64,000 nucleotides of DNA from the NCBI GenBank assembly GCA_044892525.1, contig CM097885.1, positions 13,952,001-14,016,000 of the forward strand, read 5' to 3'. The translations under genes and the position numbers were made by a program. Source of the stretch: Schmidtea polychroa (Eukaryota). Below the pieces are notes generated by a model. That model did not search any database, was not told where the DNA came from, and was given only the letters and a program-made list of their open reading frames with translations. Positions 1 to 15,059 of this stretch are shown one piece after another. Each line of letters starts with the position of its first letter. The stretch's first letter is position 1.

Positions 1-811
1 AAGGAACTGGTATGTTTAATTAACGGTTGGAATTGAAATTGAGGACTTTATTTTTAACTTGTTACAACTTGCTTTAATATTAATTTTAATATACGAAATC
101 TTTTTTTTATCGACTTTTTTTAATTTTTCAATTTCCTATAGCGATAATTTACCATAGTAAATTATCGCTATATAGTTTTTCTGAAAATCTGGATTTTCCA
201 GATGGTGGTGATTTATGTTATAATATTCACGATTCCTAATCGTGAACGCTGAAATAAAAAAAATAACTATACATTACATTTACTAGAAAAATACACAAAA
301 ACAAATTCTAATAATAAAATTCTAACTAATAACGTTTATTAAAATTTACAAAAGAAAATCTTTAGATAGAGATCATAAAATCTTTCTAACGTTCATAAAG
401 TTCATAAAGTTCAAATTTTAATAAATTTAATTCTGCGATCGTTATTTTTTAATTCTTCCTTGACAATTTTTCCCATTGATTTTTTGTTTTTAAAATTTGA
501 AATTTTAATTTTAATTATGATAATAACAACAACAAACGTGTGACAATAAACATAAGGATCACGTACAGCACAGTCACCAACTAAATTGCAGCACTAACGT
601 CTCTTGCGAAGGGCATTTAGCATTAAAATCAATAGTTATGTGTAGTTACGAAGGGAAATATGGTAAAGTGTGAGCAACGGCAGGAAAAGGCCGTCATTTT
701 CAAGGATAAAAATAGATTGTTCTCCCAACTTGTAATCTACCTTTAGAAATAGAACTCACCTCCTTATTTATTTTCAACGACTGTGTACATTCTCAACCTG
801 GTGATTGAAAA

Positions 812-1518
812 GGTAACCCGTCAAAAGGGCCTCGATAATATGGCCCCAATATTACGGCCCCCAACATAAAGGCCCATGGCAAAACGGCCCTGAAAAAGGG
901 TCTCTGATATAAGAGTCTTTGGCAAAAACGATCCCTGTCAAAAGGGCCCACGCCAAAAGAACCGCGTAGATTGAAATATTTTTATGTAGATAAGAAATAT
1001 TGTACGTATGTTGACTTCAAAACGACGTCATCTGTAACTTTTTAAGACTGTTTAAAATATGTTCTATACGTTTGTTATTACACATGCATATAGTACCATG
1101 AAATTATTATCATATGGACCAGGAGAAGCCGGAATAGTAAATTTGGCACGAATTTGATCAATCTTGTTAGTGAAAAATTCACGGAATGCGTTTGCAAGAG
1201 TAGATGTATCAGGCTGGTCATGAAGAGAATATGTGTCGGTGAGATAAAATAGATTTTAGGGTTTTCCAGAGCGAGTGTGGATAAGTGTATAGTTCTTGAT
1301 CGTGTATGAAACTTCCGGAAACAGTGTGTTTTTGTATACTCAGTGTTGAAGTGGTTCTATTGGCGAGGGTCCTATTAACAGGGGTCGTTTTTGTCGGGGG
1401 CCTGTATATCATAGGCTCTTTTGCCCGAGGCCTTTATGTCGGAGCCGTTTTTTCAGACCCATAATATTGGGGTCCTTTTAAGGGGTCTTTTGCCCTGGGC
1501 CCTTTTTGACGGGACACC
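812..1518. mobile_element. Non-autonomous TIR element (MITE) with GGCCC-rich subterminal repeats
   Basis: Imperfect TIRs ggtaacccgtcaaaagggcc ... gggccctttttgacgggacacc. Absent from the paralogous segment at about 15060-15780. No clear TSD. Mirror copy at about 33728-34434. Confidence 0.65.
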
Positions 1519-2482
1519 TGTTGGCACGGGTATATTGATGATAACATAGTAAAATATTCATAAATGCTTTTAAGTAAGAGTTGATTACAAATCTATCAGC
1601 GACTCTAGGATATGGAAACAACACACATTCCAGATTCTGAGTTAACTGCCAACCGAAACTCTATTAATATCCAAAAATCTGTAATCTTGACTTGAACAAC
1701 CTTTTACTTCGGATGAACCTAACGAAATTCAGGTTCCAAAATATTTTCTTGTACTCTTTCGAGATCCACCTGGTTGTCTTATTATCTTATATTTTTCATA
1801 TCTTCAGGATTTCAAGATAAATTTCGTTGTTTGTTAAAAAGTAAAATTCATTCATAAAATTTATCATATTTGTGAATTTAAATATAAATTTTCATGAAAT
1901 CTTATTTGTTTAAATAATATTGTATTTGAAAATTTTGCGAATGAAAAAGTGAATAAATTAATGAAATGTTACTTTATTTAATATTAAATCAGGTCACTAG
2001 CTCTTAAAAAGGATCTCAATACAACTGCAAATGGTGGGCGAAGCAATACAGAGTAACTATAGTATTATTATTATTATTATATTAACAATAATATTATTAG
2101 TAAATCAGACCCGAGACCTTTAAGAGATCCAAATTTCATGAAAGATGCAAAGCATAAATTATTCAAAGTAATTCATTTCATTATTAAAAGAATTCGTAAC
2201 AGAATTTTATAGTTTCTAGAAAGCACCGATTACCCTCATCGAATCGACAGCTCTAATTTTGGTAAACTTACCCAAACAGATGTGAAAGCAATTTTCGAAC
2301 ATTTTATCAGTATTGTTGTTCCGGATTTTCGTTTAAATGCCTCACAAATAGCTGCCGAAGATCAAATTTGATGATGATGATGATGATGACCACAATAATA
2401 ATCTCATATAATAAATATAATAGAAAAAGGCAAACAGTAAAACAAATCAAAACCCAAAATAAATCAATTTTTCTTTAATTTG

Positions 2483-3974
2483 TCATAATTTTTCGATTCT
2501 GCGCCTGAGCAGCAATTTATCACTTTTGTCTGCTAATTGATAGATTGATCTGTCATCACCAATAGAATAATAACTGGCAATTGGATTATTTTTGTCATCT
2601 AACGGTTTCCCCCATCCGACATCATCAAACCAACCTGAATATTTTATTGACTTGCTCATATAAATGCTGCCATTTGCTGGATCGATCACATCGATTGTCA
2701 CGGATTGTTTGAACGGCCAATCCAATTGCTCATCATTTGCCCCACGCATCAAACAGAAACCAGCAAACACCCAATCATCCCCAATGCTCACCCACAAGCA
2801 CATTTTGTAACCGATTGGCCCCGAATAAAATGTGTCGCTGTAAATATCTTCTCTTCTCTTTTGTTGTGAAAATTTATCGATTTGCCATTCAAAAAATCCA
2901 TAATTTCTATATTTTTCATTCCCTTGTCGCTCGCATTTCTCTTTCATCTCATCAATTTCCTGTTGACATTTTGATTCAATCTGCCGAATTTCATTGGCGC
3001 ATTTCGCCATTTTAAGCTGCAACTGAATCTCAAATTCAAACATTTCAATAAATCAATAAATCACCTTTTTATTCCCCTGCTGAAGCCGCTGCTCGCATTT
3101 CTTTTTCATCGCATCAATTTGCTGTTGGCATTTTGATTCAATCTGCCGTATTTCATTGGCGCATTTCGCCATTTCAAGCAGCAACTGAATCTTAAATTCA
3201 AACATTTCAATAAATCAATAAATCACCTTGTCATTCTTCTGTTGCAGCCGCTGCTCGCATTTCTCTTTCATCTCATCAATTTGCTGTTGACATTTTGATT
3301 CAATCACATCAATTTGCTGTCTGATCTGCTTTGCATCAATAATAAATCAAATCAATAATCAAACTTGATTGATTGATCCAATATTTGTCTCCCTCTCCAT
3401 TCTCAGTGAGCGATTCTCATTCTTCAATGCCACCATTTCCTCATTCAATTCTTCTATTTCTCCTCTGTTCTCCGCCTCTTTCTTTTCTATATTGCACAAT
3501 TTCACCTACAATCACAGATATCAATTAAATTAATTACAAATACAATTTTACAATTTCGTTTTTATCCACCTCATTCATTTCGCATCCAATTCTATTGAAT
3601 GGACATTTTATTGGTTGCTTGTTGCATGTTCTCATGTGGCTCTCCATCACCTCTAATTCATCTTTGAATTGACAATTTTGCATTGGGCATCTCACTATCA
3701 CTTCTGAAATCCTTAAATTGGCTGCATGATCTTCAGAAACATCTTTATTGAAATTTATCATTTTCTTTCCACAATGTTTTGCTGCTCCTGGACAGAATTT
3801 CTCTTTTCCATCCAAATAATGTTCAATGCAATCAGAACAAAAGCCACAACCGCAAGGAGCTTGGCAAGCTTTTATCATTAAACATTTGCAAATTCTGCAT
3901 ATCAATTCATTGCTGATTTCATTATCAAATTCAAATTTATTCCGCCTCATCATTTCCCATACGTTTCCAAACAT
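2483..3974 (-). CDS. TNF receptor-associated factor (TRAF)-like protein, 5 exons, copy 1
   Basis: RING (CRIC...PCGCGFCSDCI...CP), TRAF-type Zn finger (CPMQNC...H...C), coiled coil, and MATH domain (FEWQI..FS, FYSGPIGYKMCL, LMRGANDEQLDWPF). Mirror of 31245-32736. Confidence 0.9.
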
Positions 3975-4657
3975 TTTATCTAAAATTAATAAAATTATCA
4001 AAATATTTCAACATTTTACAACATTCATAAATCATACTTATTATATTAATTACCTTGACAATTTCAATATTTATAATTTGTATTTTGATGTAGATAAACA
4101 AACATTTTATAAATATTGTATTTTAGCTTTAAATATTGTTAATGCTAATTTTCAGTGTTTTTCTCATTTATTTTAAATCTTACAAAATTATTTAAATTAC
4201 AATTTGATAACGAAATGTAAAATTTTAACATTTTTAACGGCAAACACAAAATAAAAATATATCAAAATATAAAAATAAATATTTTTCATAAAATATTAAA
4301 ATATTGATCTAATGATCTCGTTATGGTTACCAATATTTGTCTGGCATTTTCTGATGTGTACAAGTTTCCTGTGAGCCCCATATTGACATTTTCACATTTT
4401 ATTGTGACAAAGGTGCAATGATTAAATATAAAATTATAAAATGTCAAATGCACAAAGCAATACTGATAAATTGGATTAGATTTAACACAATAAAAATTAA
4501 ATTTTAACTAATTTTTTGTATGATTTTATGAAATCTTTAATCGGTGCAAGGCCTAATTGACACGTAATTTTAATTGATTCTATCCAATCTTATTGCAGTT
4601 CACATTGCTGGTACATGTGATGGATATATCTGCCTTATCAATTTATTATTAATGCTA

Positions 4658-4815
<158 letters not shown>

Positions 4816-5519
4816 AAATTTTAAACGACCCCGCTACAATCAGACCGATTCTAAAATGCTAAATTTTCTAATTTCATTCATTTCAAAAATATTTTTCGTA
4901 TGAGTAGTAAAAAGTTAGATTAGTAAATAGATTAATAAATAAAATATTAAATAGATTAACAAATAATTTATTGAATAAATAGAATTAATAGGTAGATTAA
5001 TTAATTAATAAATAGATAAATAAATTAATAAATAGATTAATGAATAAATTAATTATTAAATAGATAGATTAATAAATAATTTTATAAATAATTTAATGAA
5101 TAAATAAATTAATAAATTGATTAATAAATAAATTAATAGAATAAATAAATTAATAAAAATATTAATAAATAGTTTATTAAATTAATCAAAAAACAGATAA
5201 ATAAATTATTTTTACTTTTATTTATTTCACTCATTTATTTTTTTATTTTCTCTTTCTCTATTTTGACCTTTTCTACTTTTCATTTCTCACTCTGCTTTAT
5301 TTATATTATCCAAATTGCTTTCGATTTTTTTAATTCTTGTAGTAATTTCTGAAAAATTGCAAAACTTATCTGGCAGCTAATTCAGCCTCCAAACATTTAA
5401 TGGAGAATTAGTAAATTAGATTTAGAATTATTTTTAATTATTTAAAAATAAAAAAAATCTGAAATTAATTGTTAATTTTTTAGTTTAGAATAATAATTTA
5501 TAAAAATAATTTAATTGCT

Positions 5520-5708
5520 AATGAAATGGTCATTATATGCAGTTGTTGCTAAGGAATTGGTCATTATATGCAGTGGTTGCTAAGGGATTGGTCATTATAT
5601 GCATTGGTTGCTAAGGAATTGGTCATTATATGCATTGGTTGCTACGGAATTGGTCATTATATGCATTGGTTGCTACGGAATTGGTCATTATATGCTTTGG
5701 TTGCTAAG
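5520..5708 (+). repeat. 31-bp minisatellite, about 6 copies (about 4 copies in the mirror arm at 29549-29680)
   Basis: Unit ggtcattatatgcattggttgctaaggaatt. Confidence 0.9.
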
Positions 5709-5814
5709 AGGAAATTAGGTCCACAAAATCAAGCACGATAACTCATCTATTTTTTATTTATTTATGATTTCATATTGATTTGCTTGAGATATTCCTATCG
5801 ACTCGGTTTCCTAG

Positions 5815-8800
5815 GTACTCGGACACAATCAATCAGATCGAGGATTTCCAAGAGAAATTAGTGAGAAAGCGAGCGCAATTGCAGCAATCGAAATTGGAAA
5901 TGGAAGAATTTAAACAAACGACCCGATCGATGGAGCTCGAGATTGATGACGTGAAATTCCATTTGCAGAAAATATTTGCCGATGTTTATAATATTGTAAT
6001 TGGTTTATTTGTATTTTTATTTATTATTTACGTTACGGATGGAAATTTTGGCGCGATTTCATTGGCTCGCCACTTTGATTTTATTTTGCCGCATCCTAAA
6101 TTCGATAATATTTGCCCTTAATCGATTATTTTTTATCAATATTTTATTGATTATTTCAATAATAATCTACATTTTATTAATTTTTTTATTGATTATTTTT
6201 TATCCATATTTTATTGATAACCTTTTCTAATTATTTATTAATATTTTTCATTTTTTAATAAACACTTATCAATTATTTTTATTAATAATTTCACTGATTA
6301 TTTTTATCAATATTTTATTAATTATTGAGCGATTGAGGAAATCGATCGTAATCATCACTAGGAAATTATATTCGAATGGTCAGTGAAAGAATGCTAATGT
6401 CTAATTGTAAAAGCAGGTTAGGAAGTGTAAACAATTGGTTAAAGTTGTCGGGATATCGGTGCAACTTTCAAATTGATGTGCTAAAGTTTACGAGTTATTT
6501 AAAACGCAAAACAGTTTTGCATTGGAATGTTTAGAAGGGAATAATTAAAGTACGAAATAAAAAAGGATATTTTCTGTTGAATATGCAAAAAATGAATCCA
6601 ATGATGGCCTGAAAATGAAAGCATGAAGATATAAATGCGTTATAAAGAATTATTTTGAAGAAAATCGAGTAGAATGCAGGAGGAAATTAAAATATACTCC
6701 AAATAAGGCCTGGTAAAGCAAAATTATTTACAATAAAAATAGGTTGAACATGAACAAGAGCTTAGAGATCAAATTCCTGTTAAATGCGAACACATGAAGG
6801 TTTTTAAATCAAATATACTGAAACATGAAAATATGGAGACAATAAATGTTTGGACAATGAAGCTTCAGAGTAGAACGGAAGAGAGAATATTTCAGCGTAA
6901 TTATAATGAAATTAAAACAATTCCGAGTAGATCAGATGGGATTGTGATGGGGAGGAATAGTTGGGGGACGAGTTCGAGAAATAAAATGTAAAGGATGGTA
7001 ACAACAATAATCGAAGGAGATGAAATATTGAGACAAAAGTAGAACTAGCAGAATCGACAAGTTAGAAACCAAAAAACTAAAAAGATAAACGGAAATTAAA
7101 CTGGAGTAGCAGGAAGGACAATTCACCATATTATCCGATATTAATCCAATAAGTAGTTGTAATTCATACCTGAGAAAATGTGACTGAATTCAGACAGCTA
7201 GTATTTACATCTGTATAAAATAGTAATATTACTATTCAAATATCATTTATTAAATCAATTTATTATATTAATATCGATTCAATTTGTTATATATTCATGA
7301 AATTATATTTGTGCTAGAATTTATGTATTAACTTTTATGTTTTCATAATTTTTAATTATCCCCTTGACCTCTCCTGCTCTCCCTTCTTCCTGCAGTTGAC
7401 AGCGGCCCCCGTTGAGAAATGATTTCAATAATCATTTATCTAAATCAGAATCGCGATAAATATGCGGAAAACTATTACTCTATATCTGATTACCTAAATT
7501 TTATAGAATCTGCAAGAATTGGAATATTATAAATTCTATATAAAATCAAATGATATGTTTGTCGCAACTAATGGCAAATTTATATCGGGATATCAATTAA
7601 AAACCCCAAAAATAATAATGTACTTACAATCATTTAAAAGATTTATTTACAAAACTTAATCTCTGCAATTAACCCAGTGGCGTCTTCATTTTAAAATTTC
7701 TCTTGTTAACCTTGTATTTGTATTTTCCCATTAAAATTTGACATGTAATTGCCTGTGAAATGATTAATTGTTCCAGTTAGGCCTTAATATTTCATCGTTT
7801 TTAATAGCAACTGAATGCCGAGCAGAATTTCACAATTCATAACTGATCGAATTCAGCTTACAATTTATTCAATATAGATTATATAAGATTTATAGAGATT
7901 TCGATAAGATTATTTTATGGCAAAATTCCACAATAATTTATTCCATCGATAGCACATTTTAACTGCTTCCTTAGCATCACTTTCTCGCTAATCTTGGCTG
8001 TTATTTGTATAATTTCATGTATTTTTCATACTTACATTTTATATAAAACTGACTTGATAACCAAATCCTCTCATCTTTTGTTATTATAATATTATAATGA
8101 TTATTGTATTATCATTTAATAATCAATATTTTATATGATATAAAATGTTTGGCAATAGCTATTGGAGCTAATATTAATTGTGGATGCTATAATGACAATA
8201 ATGGCAAATGACCACCATACTTTCAATAGACTTGGACTTTTTTTTACCTCTCATTTCAGTTCCAAGGCTTAGTCAAAGAAGAAATTCGTCAAGAAATCAC
8301 GGATTTTAATTTCGAATATCTGCTAAATTACGATGGTCATTTGCGACCTTATCATTCAAACTTGATATCTGTTATTGAAGAGAAGACCCAAATCAGGCGA
8401 GAGGAATTACAGGAACACATAAGACAAAGCGAAGATTTAAAAAGGAACGCTGAAGTTTTGGTATGGGTAAATTGATATAAACCGAAGTTATTTAGTTCAT
8501 AGAAAAGTGATATAAAATTGTTGGAATTCGAGAATCGAATAGCTGTCAAGAATTTGAATGAAAATGAGACGATTTGCCTGACATTGCAGGAGGAATCTGC
8601 GGAACATTGTAAAGCCATTCAGAATTTAACGGATCAAGTTGGTCATCATCGCGATCTCAATGATTACATGGATCAGAAACTCGTCGAGATAAAGGTAGGG
8701 TTCAAGAATCAATAAGTCCTAAAAATGTAGAGATTTAGAAGCGATTCGAGGAAGAGAAAAGTACATTTCAGGAAGCAAGTCAATTCTATGAAGTTGATAT

Positions 8801-9014
8801 TGATTTGAAGCAAGATTGTGCTGACATTCGACTGCAAAGCCTCCAGGAAAGTCATGATTTTAGAGAATCAGTAATGAAAGGGAATACGGCATTATTTGAA
8901 GGAGAAAAAGAAAATAGTAAATCATTTGAAGATGGCCTAGAAAAGCGCAAAAGAGAACTGATGAAACATTTTACCAAGGAACTTGCAGTAATCAATGAAA
9001 AGTTTAAATTTTGA
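5815..9014 (+). CDS. Spliced coiled-coil protein gene, partial; exons about 5815-5983, 8260-8460, 8503-8694, 8739-9002
   Basis: E/K/Q-rich heptad ORFs joined in frame by GT-AG introns (8461-8502, 8695-8738). Start and end exons were not located. Confidence 0.65.
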
Positions 9015-9513
9015 TCTTGTTATTGATGTTACTTTGTTATAATACATGTTTTTATTTTTGTTATTTTATCATTTACTGAAGCCTTTTTTAATTTATTCAC
9101 TCAGATTTATTTACAATCTTTTTAATTAAAAATTATATATAAAATGCTTATTTAGGTGGTTAATAGTGAGCAATTTAATGAGATCATGATGTAAATGTTT
9201 TAGAAATAAAAACGTGCTGCTATCAGTCAAAATTTGTATAAAAGAAAAGCTGGTAAACAAAATAATATAATAAAAGTTTTTTACATAAAATTCTTAATTT
9301 TCCATTTTAAATATATCATTAATAAACTACTGATAAATTGTCAATATTATATATTGATTTTATTATATAAGAATTTATAGTGGCAAATAAACATTTAGAG
9401 TTAGATATGTACACAGCCACAATAAGATAACGATTGCATAATTTAACACCACACTTCGTCGATATTTGAATTCAGAGGGTCAGATTTACTATAGAAACGC
9501 TCTAAGAGTAATA

Positions 9514-12017
9514 CACCTAATTCTGTTTTTACGCGATAGATACGTTCCCCGAAAATACGCGTAAAAAAATTCGCGTTAAAAAAGATATGGTGTCCATATA
9601 AAAGTAGAGGATTGGTTCTTCATTTCCAAAATCAACCAAAATAATGTGATTAAAGTATACAAATTCATTGTTTTTACGTGTTTTATACACTTTTTAATTA
9701 ATTAAATATATATTTATGAATAAAATAACGAAAAAAAATACTAATTTAACAAAAAAAATTCATTATTTAACAAAAAATTCATTTTAGTAAAACAAAAAGT
9801 GGCAAAATATATCATTAAACATATTTCTATTGCTGTCACTTCCTGATGATATACGTATTCGTTTACGTGAGACTTGAACGCCACAATCACTGTCATCACT
9901 AGAAATATTTTCCACTTCATTTTCATGTTGAAGTGGTGTTGATGTTTTAGCGGTTCTAGTCAAAAATTCAGTAATCAATTGTTGTGGTCTGGGTTTGATA
10001 ATGCTGTTATGTAATTCGCGATAATTTCCCATTAATAATTTCACGTTGAAATTTCCGAGCTCTTTCCTCAATAGGATCATGCTTGCCAAATGATCGCTTA
10101 ATTTAGCTGCTAGTTAAAGTCCTTCTTTAATTAGATCTGCGGTGAGGGTAGGAACCTCTACGTCGTCATCTTCGCTAATTTCTTGCACATCAGGTGTCTC
10201 AAGCGCAAAAGCAATGATTTCATCACTGCTAAGTACCGTATCCACTAATAGTTCTTCTATATCTGCAGACGATAGATCATCAAAACCTTCTCCGCCTACT
10301 TCATGAGCTAAGGCTATGATATTGCTAAACTCGACTGCATTAGAAGGTATCGGATCTTTATTTTTGACGCATTCCGTTCCAACATGCGTTTAAAGTTGAT
10401 GGTTTTAGTTCGGATAGCGCTAATCCAGCATGTTTGATGCAGTCATTAATAGAAAATTTCTTCCACGCGTCCATAACTTTTAAATTGTCATCATTCAGTA
10501 ATTGATCTAAAATATACCGGAATGTTTGCTTAACATAATAGGTTTTAAAGGTTGCTATAATTCCTTGATCCAGTAGTTGTATCAACGAAGTAGTATTGGG
10601 TGGCAAAAAACAAAATTCGACATTTGGATGCTCCATATGGGGATGACCTGGTGCGTTGTCTATAATCAACAGAACCTTGAATTCAAGACCTTTATCGCTC
10701 ATATAGCGGCGAACTTCTGGGACAAAATTTTTGAGGAACCACTCCTTAAAAGTCTCAGTTGTCACCCAAGCTTTTTTATTAGCTGTCCAGTGAACTGGCA
10801 ATGTACTGAAATTTACACCTTTCATTGACCGTGGTTTTAGAGCTCGATTTACAAGTTAAGGTTTTAGCATTCGATCTCCTGAAACGTTAGAACAAAATAA
10901 AAAGGTCACACGATCCTTGACTACTTTAAACCCACTTGCAATTTTTTGGGATTTAGCTACGTATGTTCTGCTCGGCATTCGTTTCCAGAAAAGGCCGGTT
11001 TCATCTGCATTCCATACCTGATCAGCAGTGTAGCCACCTTCTTCAATTATTTTAGCCAATTTTTGGGGAAATTCTTTGGCTGCTAATTCACCCCTAATTT
11101 TTATATTATGCAGCGCGCTGCCTTAGCAGATAACCTGTCACCCAACCTGTACTTGCAGGAAATTCAATTTTTTTATCTCTCTGGCCTGATGTTTGTGGTT
11201 CCATTTCTTTCATCTGCTTATAGATCCGTAATGCCATCTGCTTTATGCCATTTCCGTCAACTGGTATTCGTTTTTGTGAGTAATCCTCCATCCATATTAC
11301 AAGAGCCTTCTCCATTTTCTCTTTTACAATGTCTCTTGTGTATGATGATGTATGAGCACTCATATTTGTTCCAGCAATCACAGGTTTTCTGATAGCTTCT
11401 TCATTTTTTTATTGTTCTTATGGTAGATTCTTTTAAATTAAAATATTTTCCTACAGAAATGGCACCTTCTTCAGTGGCTAGTCTATCCAAAATTTTGATT
11501 TTAACTTCCAAAGAAATAGCTTTTCTATTCGTTTGTTTTTTAGCTGACATTGTTAATTGTAATGAGGTCCCTATAAAAATAATTTATTTGCAGGTAATAA
11601 ATAAATGCACTTCAAATTATAAATTACCGTTAATTGAATTCAGGAATTGTATAAATCTCTTGATAAAATCTTCAAACGCAATTGATACCAAATTTGGATT
11701 GGTATTTTATACTAAAACACCTATTATAACACCTATTATCGAATAACTTTAAAATGTGAATGTAAATATTTTAGTTTTCTCACCTCAGAATTTTGATTAT
11801 TGTACATACATTAAAATAGAAATTGTTTTAAACCTAAACTACAAATTAGCAGTAAACTATAAAGAATTATGTACATACATGTACATACATGTTTTTTCTT
11901 GTTAAAAAAATGAATTTTTTTTAAGCGCGTTAAATCAAATCAAATCGCGTAAAAACAGAACGAAATAATTTTTTTGAATCGCGTTAAATCAAATTCGCGT
12001 AAAAACAGAATTAGGTG
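9514..12017 (-). mobile_element. Tigger/pogo (Tc1-mariner superfamily) DNA transposon, copy 1
   Basis: TIRs cacctaattctgtttttacgcga / tcgcgtaaaaacagaattaggtg with flanking TA. Contains a CENP-B-like HTH and DDE fragments. Confidence 0.93.
9784..11550 (-). pseudogene. Tigger transposase pseudogene (several frameshifts and stops)
   Basis: MSAKKQTNRKAISLEVKIKIL, MEKALVIW, VWNADETGLFW, LLIIDNAPGH and FLPPNTTSLIQLLDQGII are split over several frames. Confidence 0.9.
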
Positions 12018-12134
12018 TATAACTATTTTTTGTTGTGTCGTGTAATAATAAAAATAATAATATTAATTACATCAGATGAAAGAGGAGAATGACAATAATT
12101 ATTACTATTAATCTAATGTAATAAAATAATAAGG

Positions 12135-14190
12135 CAAGTGGCGTCGCTAAGCGGGTGAGGACCGAACCGGCTGACACCAAATGAAAAAAATTGCAAATTT
12201 TACAGAGCAGACGTTGCTCGGTTCAGTCGTATTTCATAAGTGGATAACCGATTATAGTTAAATAAATATATGACTAAAAGGCATAACTGGGCCTGAATGT
12301 CACCTTGGAGTTTGCAGAACATCGTTGGCTCATTTTAATGAGATTCAGGGCTGGTATGATCAAACTTTGAAGTTATTTACGAACGCGATAATTAACCAGG
12401 TAGAATAGATCAATAGACTTGAAAGATTTTCCATAGGCCGAGTGCTTGTGTTGTGACAAAGCAAGATGAAAAGGCTTAAAAAGACATGCGCAAGTTAACC
12501 AAACAATGGTTCTACATGATGATGACTTGTAGTGCATATACAGTAAAACCATTCGTTATTTACTTTTCACCAGAAACGTAAAATCAATTTATAAATGTCT
12601 TGGCAAATCAAGTAAATGAGATTCTTGTCAAAGATAAAAAAACTGCAAGGTATTTTGGAATTATGTTCGAGAGCACACATGACATATAACACCCTGACCA
12701 GATGTTTGAGGTTATCAGGTATGTGAAAATCCACAATGGGAAAGTTGAAGTAAAAGAAGTGTTCCACGGATTTTTCCCTTTAAGCGGGATAAAGCTGATG
12801 ACCTCATTTCTGATATTCTCAGTGCTCGAAGTGAGGCGGGATAGCTGGGATATTATCCCGGCATTGATTATGTAGGCGGAATTGCATCCCGGCACTACAT
12901 TTCATATAATCTATAGGTTTATCCCGGTACTTATTTCATTTTATAGGCACACAAATACTGCAATTAAGGTCACACATAGTACATCCATATATGTATGTAT
13001 ATATATATATATTCTTTATTCTCTATTCTCTATTCAATTAAGAATTTCCCAAGCAGCAGTAATGGATAGGTAGGTATATTCTCTTATTTATTTTAGTTAA
13101 ACCAGCAAGTTGTTTGTTGAGTTATTTATACTGAGACCCCCTCTATATATAATGTGTCTATATATAAAATTTGTTGGACACCCCCCAAAGTTTTGCAACA
13201 CACCCAACTAAAGATTTCTGCATAAAAGCCTGGAATCCCGGGTGCCACAGCATGCCTATCCCGGCACATATTTTGTTCCACTTCGAGCACTGGATATTCT
13301 TACAAATCTAAAACGCGACGGACTTGACATAATGATGTGCAGAGCTCAAGGCTACGAAATGCTGCAACAATGTGCGGAATCCATGGAGGTGTTAAAGCCA
13401 TTCTGAAAAGAAATAATAAGTAAGCGATTTTTATTGGGTGCGTGGACCATTAAGTAAACTTGTGTGGCCTACACTCTTTTGCCAACAATGCTTCTAGCGT
13501 TACATTTTTTGGTACTCTTGAGAGAATATTTTCATTCTTTGCTGCTTACACTCATCGATGGGATGTTTTGATTGAACACACTGGGATGTTGGTGAAAATG
13601 TTGTCAACAACACGTCGGAGTGCTCATTATGCTGCTGTTAAGTCAGTGAAAAATAAATTTGATGAATGTATAGCGGCGACTGAAGCTCTATGTGATATTA
13701 TTGAAAATCTGGACACAAGGGGTACAGTACAACGTCTTTTACATGCGGTCGGTGATTTCACGTTTATCTGCTACCTTTACCTCTCAGCTGATCTACTTGA
13801 GCAAGTCCATCTTACTCAGCAGAACCCTCAGACTAAAGGCTTAACTCTTGACAAATTTGTGATTAGGTTTCTGTACGAGAAACGCAGTCTCTTAGTTGAG
13901 CATGCAATTGATTAGGCACTTTTAAAATCAGACCAATATGAAATTTGGGTAGAAAGAAGATTAAGGTTCAAGAAGAGAATGGTGGGGGAACAACTGAGAG
14001 ACGTTGGACTTTCTGCGAGAAGAAAACAGTAGGGAGATGCTGAAATGTATTGATCCTTTTCATTAGGAACTCCTGATGAGATCAAGAAAATCCATCTAAT
14101 AGACAAAGGAAATGGATCCAGTCTATAAACGAATTTGATGCAAAGATAATGCAAAGATAAAAAATGTTTTAACTGTAATTATTCTAAATT
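12135..14190 (+). pseudogene. Decayed hAT (ZMYM1/Charlie-like) transposase remnant; mirror at about 19230-23080
   Basis: Fragments RYFGIMFESTHDI..DQMFEVIRYV, CRAQGY.NAATMCG, CVDH*VNL, RWDVL and LSTTR. The left end caagtggcgtcgcta is TIR-like. Confidence 0.8.
12820..13292. mobile_element. hAT-type MITE nested in the hAT transposase
   Basis: 14-bp TIR cagtgctcgaagtg / cacttcgagcactg and a perfect 8-bp TSD GATATTCT (12812-12819, 13293-13300). Confidence 0.93.
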
Positions 14191-15059
14191 ACAGTGGATC
14201 CTTCAATGGAGAAGTTTCGCCAAGATCTGATTCAATACACGGCTGAGGCAACAAAGCAGGTTAACAGGGCTCAAGCGTTGGTGCGATGACGAAGACGAAT
14301 GGAATTTTTATTGTTTCTTCCAAATTAGGCCAAAAGGTTACATTGGAAGATCGAATCAATACAGAACTGTGAGAGGAGAACCAATGAGTGATGCAAGATC
14401 TAAAGATTACCGTCCAAGAGCCTTACCAAGGAGCAATGGATATTCGACATGAGAGCAGGCATTCAAATGAATATAAACGTTCCGCCTATTCGGAGATCGA
14501 ACTGTTTCTCGTTATTGTCTTTGACATCACGAGGCTACCCAATCAATAACATTGACTTCCTCAACTGTAAACAAGAAGATAGCAAAGTTTCGTCCCAAAA
14601 AATACAAGTGAAAAGGACCCAGAAGCTGTACTCTTCGCGAACAAACCTATCCGATTGAAAATATTGATAATTTGATACTTAATGTAAATTTCCTTTTACT
14701 TATTTATTCATTTGATTCTGTCGCTTGCCTAATTTGAAATATAGTTTTTAATCCAAATAAAATTTAAAGCATATCTGTTTGAATCAAAATAAAGCTAAAT
14801 TCGCCATAAATGGAAATTAGCCACTAATATGAAACCACTGATAGCTTAATATTGCGTTTTCAACTTCAAATCTTCATTTATTTAAGTAAAAGTACAAATT
14901 CAAAGATTTGAGGTATCAAGTAACGACAAATAGATAGGTCAAGTGAACATAATGATGATAGGGACATATGAAATAGGGCCATACACCTTCTATGATATTT
15001 CTGTGAATCCAGAGACGCGTCAGGAAATTTGCACTCCATCTGAGAAGCTCACCTTTAGC

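Noticed and set aside
6300..7200. Possible decayed retrotransposon pol/integrase in the coiled-coil gene intron
   Set aside because: Purine-rich coding-like texture, but no motif I can identify reliably.
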